Shown here: piece after piece, positions 54,482-64,000 of the stretch
How positions within the stretch are numbered: the stretch's first letter is position 1
Layout: every line of letters starts with the position of its first letter
Virus record (IMG/VR): IMGVR_UViG_3300032030_000057
Coordinates: 15,509-79,508 of that record
Length of the DNA stretch: 64,000 nucleotides
DNA from: a virus
Lineage: Duplodnaviria; Caudoviricetes
Direction: 5' to 3' (one strand)
Notes under the pieces: generated by a model
Seen by the model: the letters and a program-made list of their open reading frames with translations, nothing else
The model's database searches: none
Told to the model about the DNA's origin: nothing
Program-made: the position numbers and the translations under genes

Positions 54482-54961
54482 TTACCGCTTCTTTATATTG
54501 TTTGTGGAATCCAAATAATAAACCTCCTTTCCAATAAACATGTTTGCTTCCGCTACACGTCTACGTTTAAGTCCAAGAAGAGGCTTGTTACCTGCATTAT
54601 GCCATTTAATCATCTGGTCTGTAATATCTGTGTCAGACGCTTTAGAAACAATCTTCTTGTACATGGTTGAAGATTTGAATTTTCCCTCACCAAGATTGAA
54701 TATCCAAGAAACAAGTGCATCAAACTGATTTTGTGTAAAATTTACACCAATTCTATTCAACGCCTGTTCACACGGCTTCAAATCGTCCTTCAGAAAAGAT
54801 TCTGCCTGCGACTGTGTGATGGACATGCCCATCTTGACGCCCTTTGTGTGACCATAGCCTATTGTTGGTATTCCGACTGAATCCCTATACGCATAAAGCT
54901 TACAGCCTTCAAATCCCTTGATAAGGTTTATTCCGTTTTGTGATGTAGTCATAAGTGTCAT
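54482..54961 (-). CDS. Endolysin, GH24 lysozyme
   Basis: IKGFEGCKLYAYRDSVGIPTIGYGHT; QNQFDALVSWIFNLG; GLKRRRVAE. Confidence 0.95.
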   Translation of the reverse strand: MTLMTTSQNGINLIKGFEGCKLYAYRDSVGIPTIGYGHTKGVKMGMSITQSQAESFLKDDLKPCEQALNRIGVNFTQNQFDALVSWIFNLGEGKFKSSTMYKKIVSKASDTDITDQMIKWHNAGNKPLLGLKRRRVAEANMFIGKEVYYLDSTNNIKKR

Positions 54962-54962
54962 T

Positions 54963-55427
54963 CTATTTATCTTTTCTTGTTGTGAAACTATCATCATCCA
55001 CAGGACTAAGAAATACCCTTGTGCGCTGTTGGCAGTTTGACTTCCCGCACATCATTTCAGTTACAAGTTCAAGCCGATGTTCAAGCGACTCTATCTTATT
55101 GTCCTGTGCAGTCAGTTTTCTATCATACTCCTTTATCTTCTCATCCTGTTCGCGTATCCTGTTTTCGTTCTCAGCAACACGTTTCCGTAATTGTTCGCAT
55201 TCGACGCTTATCTCGGAGTTGTAGCGACGCAGCCTTTCGTTGTGACCCTCTATGTCTTGCAGCATCTGTTGATACATATCCTGCTCAGTAATGGTGGCAT
55301 TAAGTTCTGTTTGGCGAGCCTCCGCACTCTCCTTGCGCTTTTTGGCCTTCCAATTTATGAACCACCCTCCACTACATATTAACGTGAGGATTGTTGTGAT
55401 TGCGGTGTAAATCTCCATTCCATCCAT
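54963..55427 (-). CDS. Putative holin (1 TM plus coiled coil)
   Basis: N-terminal TM, coiled coil, position upstream of endolysin. Confidence 0.65.
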   Translation of the reverse strand: MDGMEIYTAITTILTLICSGGWFINWKAKKRKESAEARQTELNATITEQDMYQQMLQDIEGHNERLRRYNSEISVECEQLRKRVAENENRIREQDEKIKEYDRKLTAQDNKIESLEHRLELVTEMMCGKSNCQQRTRVFLSPVDDDSFTTRKDK

Positions 55428-55442
55428 GACTCACCTCCTTTC

Positions 55443-56957
55443 TTAGTTAACACCTGTCTTTGCCTTGTTGTCAACAATCTCGTCACTTCTGTTCACGCTG
55501 ATACGTTGAGCCTTGTCAGTACCTTCATCAATATCAGACGCTCCTTGAGGGATAAGGGAGCCACGCTCCTCTATAATGCGGTCAACCTCGTCTGGGGCTG
55601 CGTCAGGAGACTTCTCTATAATAGTCTTCATAGACAGCCACTTGGCCTCCATTGCGAGGTTCGTAATCTTTGTATTGTTTGTCTCAAGCGACCAAGGAAT
55701 AATCTTTGCACCGATTCTGAGTTTTGCATTCTTGTCTACGCCGTTATTTTCCAAGTCAAGCCCTTCCTGATGCAAGTAAACCATATCGTTGGCAAACTTT
55801 CTCCAGTCAAGAGCGGACTGTGTGGCGAGAGCGAAGTCGTTGGACATCGCAAGTGCAATACCGTTTCCTCCACTATTGGTCATCGAAATATCCTTTGGAG
55901 TGATGAACGTCGTAGAACTGAACAGAGATATCTTCTCTTCCAGTGTTTTCAGGTAGTCGTTCATCGTGGTTGGCTCTGGGAACTTGAGCACGTCTGCTGA
56001 TTGCTTTCCGTTTTGTGTGTCGCTTGACAAGTTTATGATAAGCGTGCTTGAATCGCGCTTGAACGAATCCTTGTCCATGTCGCCAGTAAAGACAAGCGCA
56101 AACGTACCAAAACGCTTCAGTGCAATGTTGTTGATGTTTGTCATCAGCTCCCACATCTCACAGGTTGACTCTGCGTACTCCCAAGCAACAGGGCCTCTAT
56201 GCAAGAGAAGTGGACAGCGTGAAAATCCATGGAGCTCACTCTGTACCTCCCAACCATCATCACCCTGTACACACCTGTAGTGTTTCTGGTTGTCGTATGT
56301 ATCAATGACTGTCTTGTTGTCAATCTGGTATGCAATACTCCTAGCAACCTCATAACCGTATTCGTCATAATTTGGGATAAGCTGGTATCCGTCTTCATAA
56401 GAATATGTCGTTACAATGGTTTGGCCAGCAGTCTTGTCAAAACTAAACAAGAGACCGCAGTTTCCAACCATCTTACATGCATTTACGGCCTTGGAGAAAT
56501 ACCACTCCATATTTCGGTTACTCCACTCTTCCTTGACATTCTCAAACAGTTTGATACCACCCTGCTCTGCATCTGCCTTGCCAAGATTAAACTCAAACGG
56601 GTTTGATGTAAGAGAACGGACGTGCGCGCTGTGAATAAGCTTCTGGAAAGAGCACGTCTGTGTCATATCCATCATTCCAAGGTTAAGCGGTTGCCCGTCA
56701 ATATTAACCTTGATATGCGGTATAGACTTGTTAAGTAGTATATTGTGAAGAGACGGCTTGTACTCTGTGATGTATGTATCCTGAGAGATGGGCAGAAGGT
56801 CTAGGCTACAGAAACCCGTGTCTATCATCGTGTTGTTCAGGATAGGTTCAAGCTCCCAGCCGTGCTCGTTCATCTTACCGCCTCTCGTAAAAGGCTTCAT
56901 CATGAGCAGTCTGTTCGGCTCTTCCATATACCAATTGATGTTCTTTAATCTAATCAT
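55443..56957 (-). CDS. Portal protein
   Basis: 504 aa after TerL; HGFSRCPL, SGGNGIALAM, MSMKT-like patterns of SPP1-type portals. Confidence 0.85.
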   Translation of the reverse strand: MIRLKNINWYMEEPNRLLMMKPFTRGGKMNEHGWELEPILNNTMIDTGFCSLDLLPISQDTYITEYKPSLHNILLNKSIPHIKVNIDGQPLNLGMMDMTQTCSFQKLIHSAHVRSLTSNPFEFNLGKADAEQGGIKLFENVKEEWSNRNMEWYFSKAVNACKMVGNCGLLFSFDKTAGQTIVTTYSYEDGYQLIPNYDEYGYEVARSIAYQIDNKTVIDTYDNQKHYRCVQGDDGWEVQSELHGFSRCPLLLHRGPVAWEYAESTCEMWELMTNINNIALKRFGTFALVFTGDMDKDSFKRDSSTLIINLSSDTQNGKQSADVLKFPEPTTMNDYLKTLEEKISLFSSTTFITPKDISMTNSGGNGIALAMSNDFALATQSALDWRKFANDMVYLHQEGLDLENNGVDKNAKLRIGAKIIPWSLETNNTKITNLAMEAKWLSMKTIIEKSPDAAPDEVDRIIEERGSLIPQGASDIDEGTDKAQRISVNRSDEIVDNKAKTGVN

Positions 56958-56958
56958 C

Positions 56959-58734
56959 TTATATAGTACTTAATATGTTTAATATTTCACTTGCATTCCG
57001 TATCTTCTTGACACGATGGATTCTTGTATCCACATCTTCCTGACCGTTGACGTGCAACATGGCAAGCATGTCGTCAGCCTGCATCTTCCGTCTCATGATA
57101 CCTGCATCATCACGCAGCATGTTGTAGCATGTGTGATAAAGTCCTCCGCAGAGCATGATGACGTTATCAAACAGGTCAGGAGACATACCCTTGAGAATGG
57201 AGTGCTGCTTTTCCTTGTCAAGCATTGTGATACGTCCGTTCGGCGTCTTGTTGAATTGGAATATAACGCTTTCGAACTTCATGTGCTTGAGGATGGTTGT
57301 AGCACCCTCACGCTTCATATTCTGATGTACATAGCGCATGTCCGCAAGGCTTGGGTCGTAATGGATAAGACCGCTTTGTATCATTTCCATTGCCAGATGG
57401 GCAGCTTCGTCTTTCTTGGTCTTATACTGAGCCTTGCTTCGTTCCGTTGGCTGGGAAGCACCAGCAAAGTTGATGGCCCGAGGGAAGCAGTCTTTAAGGA
57501 ATCCGAATCCTTGTACGTCGATAATCATTTCCCTCTCCTCCAGATTGTGTTTGTCCTTGAAGTCAATCATCATCATGACGGCCTCCCTGTTCGTGTTCTT
57601 CATGCAGAACTTAATGTCCTTGCATACAAACCCGAAATGCTCCCACAGCTCCCAGTATTTCATCGCTAGGTTATCAAAACCAGTGGTTGCCATATCAACA
57701 GTCATGAATCTCTTTATGCATGTACTGCCGAGTGGTGGCTCCATCGGTCTGAACATTCGCTCTATATCTGTTGTGTTGAGCTGAACGTTCATATTTATAT
57801 TGTCTTCAAGCGTCTCATCCGTCAGCGAGTAGTTCCAGTTGGCTGCATAAGAAGACTGTGCTGTTGTTGAGTTTGCGGCAAAGCCCCTGTAAGACTTATT
57901 CTTTGACAGCATTTTCTTATTATCCCTGACGTCAAACGTAAAGAATGCCATAGAAAGAATAAAGTCCTCGTAAGACATGTCTGGGTCAACTGCCAGACGC
58001 TTGTCAATCTCTGCTTTTCCTTTTTTGTATACCTCTTTCTTTGTCCTACCCCAAATGGCTTTTTCATAATCGCCGTCTGGCATGAAGAAGAACATTACAA
58101 CACCATCCATCTTCTTGTCTACGGTTCCGTCGTCATTAATCCATCCGCCTCCGTGTTCACCCTTGCCGCACATCTTCCGCATGAAGCATTCGCGTTCAGG
58201 GTTCTGTGCGAGGAAGACCTGAGCCTTTCCATCTGCATCGCTTCGAAGACGTGGGAAGAATGCGGATATTGTTCTCCACATGAACTTATTACACTCGTCG
58301 AAAATAAGAATCTTCGCCTGCAGACCCTTCGTAATCTTATCAATCACGATTGGACTTTCATTATCCAGCTGCTGAAACTTAATCTCGGAGCCGTTGCAGA
58401 GTTTCATACCCATATCCCTTTCACCTCTAACGACCTCTCCGATTGGGTCGTGAGGCTGCTTCTTGACTGCCCTGTCTATAAGCGGATACATTTTCTTGAG
58501 TGTATCGTTCACTTTACCTGCGCCCCAGAAGTCTGAGATATTACGCATAAAGCAAACGGTTTTTGCGTTGTCGTTCATGGCAAGATACTCTATGGGGGCG
58601 TAATAAAGCGCGACGCTCTTACCTCCGCCCGTATTCCCAGTAAAGCATACGATGTCCGCGTTGGAACGAATGGCATATTTCTGGTTGCCATCCTCCAACG
58701 GAGCAAGTACGAAATCGTTTCTCTTTCTGGCCAT
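56959..58734 (-). CDS. terL: Terminase large subunit
   Basis: Walker A GNTGGGKS, Walker B LIFDE, QNP, nuclease VDMAT and PDLFD. Confidence 0.92.
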   Translation of the reverse strand: MARKRNDFVLAPLEDGNQKYAIRSNADIVCFTGNTGGGKSVALYYAPIEYLAMNDNAKTVCFMRNISDFWGAGKVNDTLKKMYPLIDRAVKKQPHDPIGEVVRGERDMGMKLCNGSEIKFQQLDNESPIVIDKITKGLQAKILIFDECNKFMWRTISAFFPRLRSDADGKAQVFLAQNPERECFMRKMCGKGEHGGGWINDDGTVDKKMDGVVMFFFMPDGDYEKAIWGRTKKEVYKKGKAEIDKRLAVDPDMSYEDFILSMAFFTFDVRDNKKMLSKNKSYRGFAANSTTAQSSYAANWNYSLTDETLEDNINMNVQLNTTDIERMFRPMEPPLGSTCIKRFMTVDMATTGFDNLAMKYWELWEHFGFVCKDIKFCMKNTNREAVMMMIDFKDKHNLEEREMIIDVQGFGFLKDCFPRAINFAGASQPTERSKAQYKTKKDEAAHLAMEMIQSGLIHYDPSLADMRYVHQNMKREGATTILKHMKFESVIFQFNKTPNGRITMLDKEKQHSILKGMSPDLFDNVIMLCGGLYHTCYNMLRDDAGIMRRKMQADDMLAMLHVNGQEDVDTRIHRVKKIRNASEILNILSTI

Positions 58735-58764
58735 AAAGCTGATGTTTTTAGAAATTTCTCGCTG

Positions 58765-58888
58765 CAAAGTTATGGTTAAAACTTTTCGTTTTAAAGTACT
58801 TCACCGATTATGTACTGGATTTTGCGACCATTGTGAGTACTTTTATCGTATAGTATTTGGGTGTATTTTGTACATCTTACTATTTTTG
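58765..58888. promoter_or_regulatory. Divergent late promoters
   Basis: TAACTTTG (minus, 58765-58772) and TTTG...TATTTTTG (plus, 58856-58888). Confidence 0.75.
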
Positions 58889-58930
58889 CACCGAAACATT
58901 TTTTCACCTTATTAAAAATAGTAGAGAGCT

Positions 58931-59578
58931 ATGACAAAAGAAGAAGTTTTGCAGAGAGCAAACGACTATTGTAACGAGAGAAGTTACGACAAAGAGACTC
59001 TGACCGATGAGTTCAAGGACAAATTTGCTGAGTTTTTTGCCAAGAGGCATGAGAGCGCAGGTATCGACGATGAAGGTATCCTTGACGAAATCAAGTTCAA
59101 CCTTGACACAGCCAAGAGCGCAGCAGCCAAAGGCATCACACTTAAGCAGACTGGGTTCAACTCGAAAGAGAGCGAGTACAAGAACAAAATCACAGAGCTT
59201 GAAAACAAAATTGCAGGTATCCAAAAACCTCCAAAGCCGCAAGAGCATCAGTTTGAGCTTCCTCAGGATGTTAAGGACAGGCTTGAGCGACTGGAGCAGT
59301 TCGAAAAAGAACAGTCTAAGCAAGAGAAGCGAAAGACTATAATGGAGCTGGCAAAAAAAAGTGTCAGGGAAGATTATCACAGTTCGTTTGCAGAATATGC
59401 AGCAGACTTTGAGGTTGACCTGACCAAGGATGACAAGGAACAAGCTGACGCTCTTGTCGCTAAGTACCAAAAGGTAATGAGACCGACCATAGGCGATATC
59501 AAACCTCTTGCACCAGTACAGGTACAGAAGAGAGATGAGGAGGCCTTGTCGTCCATCCCGAAGGTAAAAGTATGTTAA
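58931..59578 (+). CDS. Capsid scaffolding protein
   Basis: Charged coiled coil upstream of head genes. Confidence 0.75.
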   Translation: MTKEEVLQRANDYCNERSYDKETLTDEFKDKFAEFFAKRHESAGIDDEGILDEIKFNLDTAKSAAAKGITLKQTGFNSKESEYKNKITELENKIAGIQKPPKPQEHQFELPQDVKDRLERLEQFEKEQSKQEKRKTIMELAKKSVREDYHSSFAEYAADFEVDLTKDDKEQADALVAKYQKVMRPTIGDIKPLAPVQVQKRDEEALSSIPKVKVC

Positions 59579-59601
59579 ACTCTTAATTTTTTTTATTTAT
59601 T

Positions 59602-60360
59602 ATGGTAACGAATTTAGCTTATTTCTACGAAACCTCCAAGAAACTTCGCGGAGGCAAGTGGGTGTGGGTTAAAGACAGTAACGGCGAGCAGCGCGGTAAC
59701 GTGCTTCTTGGCGGTACTATCCTGAATGCCAAGAAGGGCTTCGACCACCTGTATGCAGCACAGCTCGTACAGTACACCCCTGCAGAAGGTTGCCTGATTT
59801 TCCGTTCTTTCAAGACGAAGACGGACACCGCTGCTAATGCTACTACCGTTGTCATTGAAGGCGACGGTTACTCTGACGCTCCAGAGGTCGGAATGTATCT
59901 GATGGTTGCTCCTGATTCTCTGACTGTTGAAACTCTTGAAGCAGACACAACGACAGGTGAGGTTACAAAGACAGTTGCAGACTATACGGGAACCTACGCA
60001 AAGGTTACTGCTGTCGTCTATGACGAAGCTAACGAGAAGTTCACTCTGACTATTGAGAACGCTCTCGCTTCTGCAAAGATTGACGCAGGTACAATCCTTG
60101 TTGAAGCCGATGCAGCCGCAGACGTAGCCTTGGATAATCCTACTGGTGTTTGTGGCGTACTGGTTCCGAACCCCAATACGTTCATCGAGGCTGACCGCGA
60201 CCTGATGCCTACCGAAGGCTATGGTATCAAGCCCGACACTGCGAACTACTCTATCTCTACCGTCTACAACAAGCAGGCTTGGATTGCACGTATGCAGCCG
60301 CTGCCCAAGTACGTTCTCGCAAAGAACAAGTCGTACATTGACGGTATCTTCTGGATGTAA
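59602..60360 (+). CDS. Head decoration / minor capsid protein
   Basis: Between scaffold and MCP; highly biased codons. Confidence 0.7.
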   Translation: MVTNLAYFYETSKKLRGGKWVWVKDSNGEQRGNVLLGGTILNAKKGFDHLYAAQLVQYTPAEGCLIFRSFKTKTDTAANATTVVIEGDGYSDAPEVGMYLMVAPDSLTVETLEADTTTGEVTKTVADYTGTYAKVTAVVYDEANEKFTLTIENALASAKIDAGTILVEADAAADVALDNPTGVCGVLVPNPNTFIEADRDLMPTEGYGIKPDTANYSISTVYNKQAWIARMQPLPKYVLAKNKSYIDGIFWM

Positions 60361-60386
60361 TCATAACATAAAGAAAGGATACAACT

Positions 60387-61667
60387 ATGGCACAAGCAAT
60401 GAAATATCAGTGGTCGCCCGAAGAGGCGATTGAAAAGCTTTACCAAAAAGGCTTTATGGATGGTACTAACAGGGGTTTCCTGCAGACTCTGATTGACAAC
60501 ACAATCGAGATTGAGGAGAATACGTTCTTCTGGCAGGAGCACTTCCGTGTCGACAGCTCGGAGTATACCATCGACCTTGCTGACCTGAAGAAGAATCCTG
60601 CTTGGACTGTTCGTCAGAAGATTAATCGTACCGTGCCTATGGCCGATGCAATGGCTCCTCTGGCAGAGACCATGCAGCTCGACGCTGAAGGAGGTGAGGA
60701 GTACACTGGCTCTATCTACCAGTATGGTAAGGGCCTGTTCGAAACCTCTATGTCTAAGGAGGAGTTGAAGGCTCGTCTGGCCGCTCTCGGCCCCGATGAG
60801 AATCTGGTAACTGGCTTCGTACGTGGCGTTGCCGACCTGATTAAGACCCACAACCTCCGTGCGTCTAACATGGCAGCTATGACTCTGTCTCGCGGCGGTG
60901 AGTACGGCAACCAGATTGCTCTCACCAAGGTTGGTGGCGGTACTGCTACCACTCAGGGTTTCAGCGGCGTCAAGACCCACCAGAATGCATACATTCCTCT
61001 TGCTAACTACAAGAAGGCTGGTGCTAAGGTTTGGACTGACCCGACCTGTGACATCCCTGAGCAGATGATGAAGATTGAGTACGACTTCAAGGAGGCCAAT
61101 CTTCTTCCCGACGAGACCCCGTTTGAGTGGAATATTCCTTGGGATATGATGGTCACCGTTCTCATCAAGAACGCTGCCTTCATCAAGGAGGTCAACCGCT
61201 ACCTTGCCCTCGGTGCTCCCGACAAGGTTATCATCGTGAACAACGGCCAGTCTACCACCGACGTTGGTTCTATCACCGTAGACCAGCTTGTAGCTTACAG
61301 CCGTTGGGAGTTGTCTAAGATTTCGCCTATCCGTATCGTGCGCGAGCAGCAGCAGGTACAGGGAATGACCACCTACCATACCGTAAAGGGTTGGAAGGCT
61401 GGCGTCGCAGTTCTCCGTCCGCGTGGATTTGCAGGTGTACTCGTACACGCTCAGGTTCCAGACGTAGAGCTCATGCGCTCTGGCGAGGTCAACGACACCA
61501 TCAGCTTCTCTCTGGCTAAGGTTCAGAGCTTCCTGAACGTCATCAATAAGATTGTTCCTAACGGAATGCTGAAGTCTTATCACACTGACGTTCTCGGACG
61601 CTACGCAACTGTACTGGACGAGTCCCTGTATCACGTATGCGTTGACACGACTACGGCAGACGAATAA
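60387..61667 (+). CDS. Major capsid protein
   Basis: 426 aa, strongest codon bias, head-module position. Confidence 0.85.
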   Translation: MAQAMKYQWSPEEAIEKLYQKGFMDGTNRGFLQTLIDNTIEIEENTFFWQEHFRVDSSEYTIDLADLKKNPAWTVRQKINRTVPMADAMAPLAETMQLDAEGGEEYTGSIYQYGKGLFETSMSKEELKARLAALGPDENLVTGFVRGVADLIKTHNLRASNMAAMTLSRGGEYGNQIALTKVGGGTATTQGFSGVKTHQNAYIPLANYKKAGAKVWTDPTCDIPEQMMKIEYDFKEANLLPDETPFEWNIPWDMMVTVLIKNAAFIKEVNRYLALGAPDKVIIVNNGQSTTDVGSITVDQLVAYSRWELSKISPIRIVREQQQVQGMTTYHTVKGWKAGVAVLRPRGFAGVLVHAQVPDVELMRSGEVNDTISFSLAKVQSFLNVINKIVPNGMLKSYHTDVLGRYATVLDESLYHVCVDTTTADE

Positions 61668-61713
61668 TCGAATTGTTTTAGGTAATTGTTTTTGGTTTTA
61701 GATTGAGATAACG

Positions 61714-62094
61714 ATGACGGTACTTGAATGGCTTAAGAAAAAGACACGTTATAGTTTCACCGAGGGCAACTTCGAGGTTATCGCCCTTGATAGGGGTGTT
61801 CAACCAATGGATGACGTGTACGGCGCGAACGTAACAAAGCGAATACGCGACCTTATGGAAGCTGACATCATTTTTACAGCCGTACTTCTTTCGCCATCAA
61901 ATACCGCATCGTTGTCACAGTCTCATAATGGTTATCAAAAGACCATCGGACAGGAACAGGACTTTTACCAGAACGACAAGATTAAGTATGCCATAGGCAT
62001 CTATCAGAAATACGGAGACGACAAGGCGGACATCCTGATGAACATGCAGAAGAAAATCCGCTTTATTCCAATCGAAGATGTAGACTCATTGTAA
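61714..62094 (+). CDS. Head-tail adaptor
   Basis: SLSQSHNGYQKT; follows MCP. Confidence 0.65.
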   Translation: MTVLEWLKKKTRYSFTEGNFEVIALDRGVQPMDDVYGANVTKRIRDLMEADIIFTAVLLSPSNTASLSQSHNGYQKTIGQEQDFYQNDKIKYAIGIYQKYGDDKADILMNMQKKIRFIPIEDVDSL

Positions 62095-62095
62095 C

Positions 62096-62431
62096 ATGAA
62101 GCGTGACGAGATTCTTGAATATCCCTACACTGGAACTATCATCCGCGTAATCCAAGGGAAGGGGAGTAAACCTGACACTGAAGTTATCCTGTACGACGGT
62201 GTTATGGACGAACACATGGTAACGGACGAAGAGGGCCGTACCCTGCAGACGTCATCATACATCATCAGTATCCCACTGACCAAGGACGAAGAAGGACAAT
62301 GGATAGTGCCTCGCAAGGGTGACAAAGTCACTATCACGCGCTATGGCGAGACGTTCAAGCTCACTGTGGATAACGCTGACCCGTCACAGTTAGGTGGCGT
62401 CAGCATCTATGCAACTCGAAACAGCTGGTAA
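62096..62431 (+). CDS. Head closure/stopper protein
   Basis: Small beta-rich protein, synteny. Confidence 0.6.
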   Translation: MKRDEILEYPYTGTIIRVIQGKGSKPDTEVILYDGVMDEHMVTDEEGRTLQTSSYIISIPLTKDEEGQWIVPRKGDKVTITRYGETFKLTVDNADPSQLGGVSIYATRNSW

Positions 62432-62432
62432 T

Positions 62433-63113
62433 ATGAATAAAAGCAGGGTGACAGGGTTTAACCCAAAACAACTTACTGAACAGCTTATGGCAAATGCTGT
62501 CGCTGAACAGACGCGTCGCCTTGTGGAGTACGCTAAAAAGGAGATTATCCGTATTGGTGACATGATTCAGACGTACAACAGTGCTAACCACATGGACAGG
62601 ACAGGTAACCTGTTAAATAGTCTTTGTTGGGGTGTGACTTATGACGGAAAGATGTCTGAATGCGGATTCTACCGTGCTGAAAGAGTCAACATTCGACTTA
62701 ACAGGTGGAATCAGATACAAGGAATGGGACACAAAGACTCGTACGGTTCTTTTCTCCATGAATGGAGTGAACAGATGGGCGAGTCTGTTAACGGAAGAAC
62801 GATGGCTGAAGAATTTCTCCTCTCAAGACACGGTAAACGTGGAAAGTGGACAGTATTCTTTGCAATCCTAGCTCCGTACTGGGGTTATTGGGAAAGCGGA
62901 TTCACTTTGCGAGGAGGTGGAGGCGACTCTGGTATTCCAAGGCATTCTCGCTTCATGCAGTTCCAAGTGATGTCACATGTGTTTGATGACGTAAGATTAG
63001 CACTTAAACCTGCAGAAACACATCTCACAGTTTATGTTCCAAAGTATTCCTACAAAGCAAACAGCTCGAAGGGTAAGAAATACAAGAACAGTAGATTTGT
63101 TCCAAAACTGTAA
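62433..63113 (+). CDS. Neck/tail-completion protein (HK97 gp10-like)
   Basis: DRTGNLLNSL and APYWGYWE motifs. Confidence 0.65.
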   Translation: MNKSRVTGFNPKQLTEQLMANAVAEQTRRLVEYAKKEIIRIGDMIQTYNSANHMDRTGNLLNSLCWGVTYDGKMSECGFYRAERVNIRLNRWNQIQGMGHKDSYGSFLHEWSEQMGESVNGRTMAEEFLLSRHGKRGKWTVFFAILAPYWGYWESGFTLRGGGGDSGIPRHSRFMQFQVMSHVFDDVRLALKPAETHLTVYVPKYSYKANSSKGKKYKNSRFVPKL

Positions 63114-63118
63114 CGATT

Positions 63119-63559
63119 ATGATTGACGATTCAAGAATAGGCATATACGAGTACGTTGAAAGTATCATGGAAAGTGTTACTGAAAACGTCTACCTGATGA
63201 ACGAACCTCAGGAGCTCACAACGAGCGACACGGAGGAAGGTTTCATTGTCATCCTTGTCGGTGACTTTGTTGATGCCAGCGAGTTCAAGGGTAACGCCTA
63301 CGCAGCAGCAAGGGTGTTCGTACAATGCTATATTCCGCCAATTACCAGAGGACGTTTGAATAAAGAGCTTTACAAGAAGTTCGAGGATGACGTCAATGCC
63401 GCTATAAGCCTTGCAAGCACAAGCGACAACACTGGGAAATACTGGATTGACGAGGAAAGCTTCATATCCGCAGACATGGGCGAGGATGACAACGCCAACA
63501 ACGCTTACTATATGTTCGTAAAGTCGTTCGTAGTCATGGTAGGTGACGAAGGACAATAA
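63119..63559 (+). CDS. Tail terminator-like protein
   Basis: Synteny before tail tube gene. Confidence 0.55.
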   Translation: MIDDSRIGIYEYVESIMESVTENVYLMNEPQELTTSDTEEGFIVILVGDFVDASEFKGNAYAAARVFVQCYIPPITRGRLNKELYKKFEDDVNAAISLASTSDNTGKYWIDEESFISADMGEDDNANNAYYMFVKSFVVMVGDEGQ

Positions 63560-63598
63560 CAATTTTAATAACTAAAAAAAATAAGAAAGGATTTTATT

Positions 63599-64000
63599 AT
63601 GGGAAAGACAACTGTAAAAGCCGTAAGTCTTAAGTACGGTACTACTGGAAGCACTGCTTCTACAGCTCTTATGGGTGTTCTGAAGGGCCTGACTATCGGT
63701 CAGGATGAACCAGACGCAACCGAGATTGAGGCCGAGTTCTACGACAGCCCGTTTGACATCTTCTACGACGGTAACCCCGTTACCATGACGTTTGAGTTGG
63801 CAAATTACGACCTGTCTGAGCTTCCTGCATTGTTCGGTGGTTCGTACGACAGTACGAGCAACACTTACGAAGCCGCAGCCAACGCATACACCAGTGAGCA
63901 TTCTTGGCAGCTTGACTTCGGACGTGGACATCAGGCTCTGTACATCTACAAGGGTCTGACTATCGGAACCATCAAGAAGGACGCAGACGGTGCATTGAAC
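63599..64000 (+). CDS. Major tail (tube) protein, truncated by window end
   Basis: MGKTTVKAVSLKYG...; beta-rich; position. Confidence 0.7.
   Translation, partial: MGKTTVKAVSLKYGTTGSTASTALMGVLKGLTIGQDEPDATEIEAEFYDSPFDIFYDGNPVTMTFELANYDLSELPALFGGSYDSTSNTYEAAANAYTSEHSWQLDFGRGHQALYIYKGLTIGTIKKDADGALN

Noticed and set aside
60264-61634. 456-aa minus-strand ORF
   Set aside because: Antisense shadow of the codon-biased major capsid gene; similar shadows at 6187, 7503, 39261, 50356 and 57016 rejected for the same reason
1-64000. Stop-codon reassignment as in some gut phages
   Set aside because: Long genes are intact under code 11 and TAG, TGA and TAA all terminate genes with normal stop-start coupling

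Overview
A 64-kb segment of a tailed dsDNA phage infecting Bacteroidota (Bacteroides/Prevotella-type TTTG-N19-21-TAnnTTTG promoters, AT-rich translation starts, standard genetic code). Layout: short leftward operon (DUF3127-like ssDNA-binding protein, MazG-like; 152-1983); a 1.7-kb non-coding control region (1984-3710) with iteron-like repeats, a hairpin element, an AT-rich block, a candidate structured RNA and two parS-like palindromes; a rightward early/middle region (3711-37207) of mostly unknown ORFs plus serine recombinase, GIY-YIG and HNH homing endonucleases, SSB/YqaJ/RecT, putative cytosine methylase, an atypical tRNA-fMet, sliding clamp, DnaA-domain-IV-like protein, RusA and a TerS-like protein; a separately promoted leftward 6-gene cassette of unknown function (37245-40214); leftward tail/lysis/portal/terminase genes (40657-58734); and rightward head/neck/tail-tube genes (58931-64000, truncated). 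No polymerase, helicase, primase, tyrosine integrase, reverse transcriptase or CRISPR array is visible. Best leads: the parS pair plus resolvase, the prion-like six-gene cassette, a dispersed hairpin repeat punctuating the early region, an AGUA/T-loop-like hairpin array preceding a tRNA-fMet mimic, and paired DnaA-box-like hairpins. All protein calls are from motif recognition only; no database search was run.
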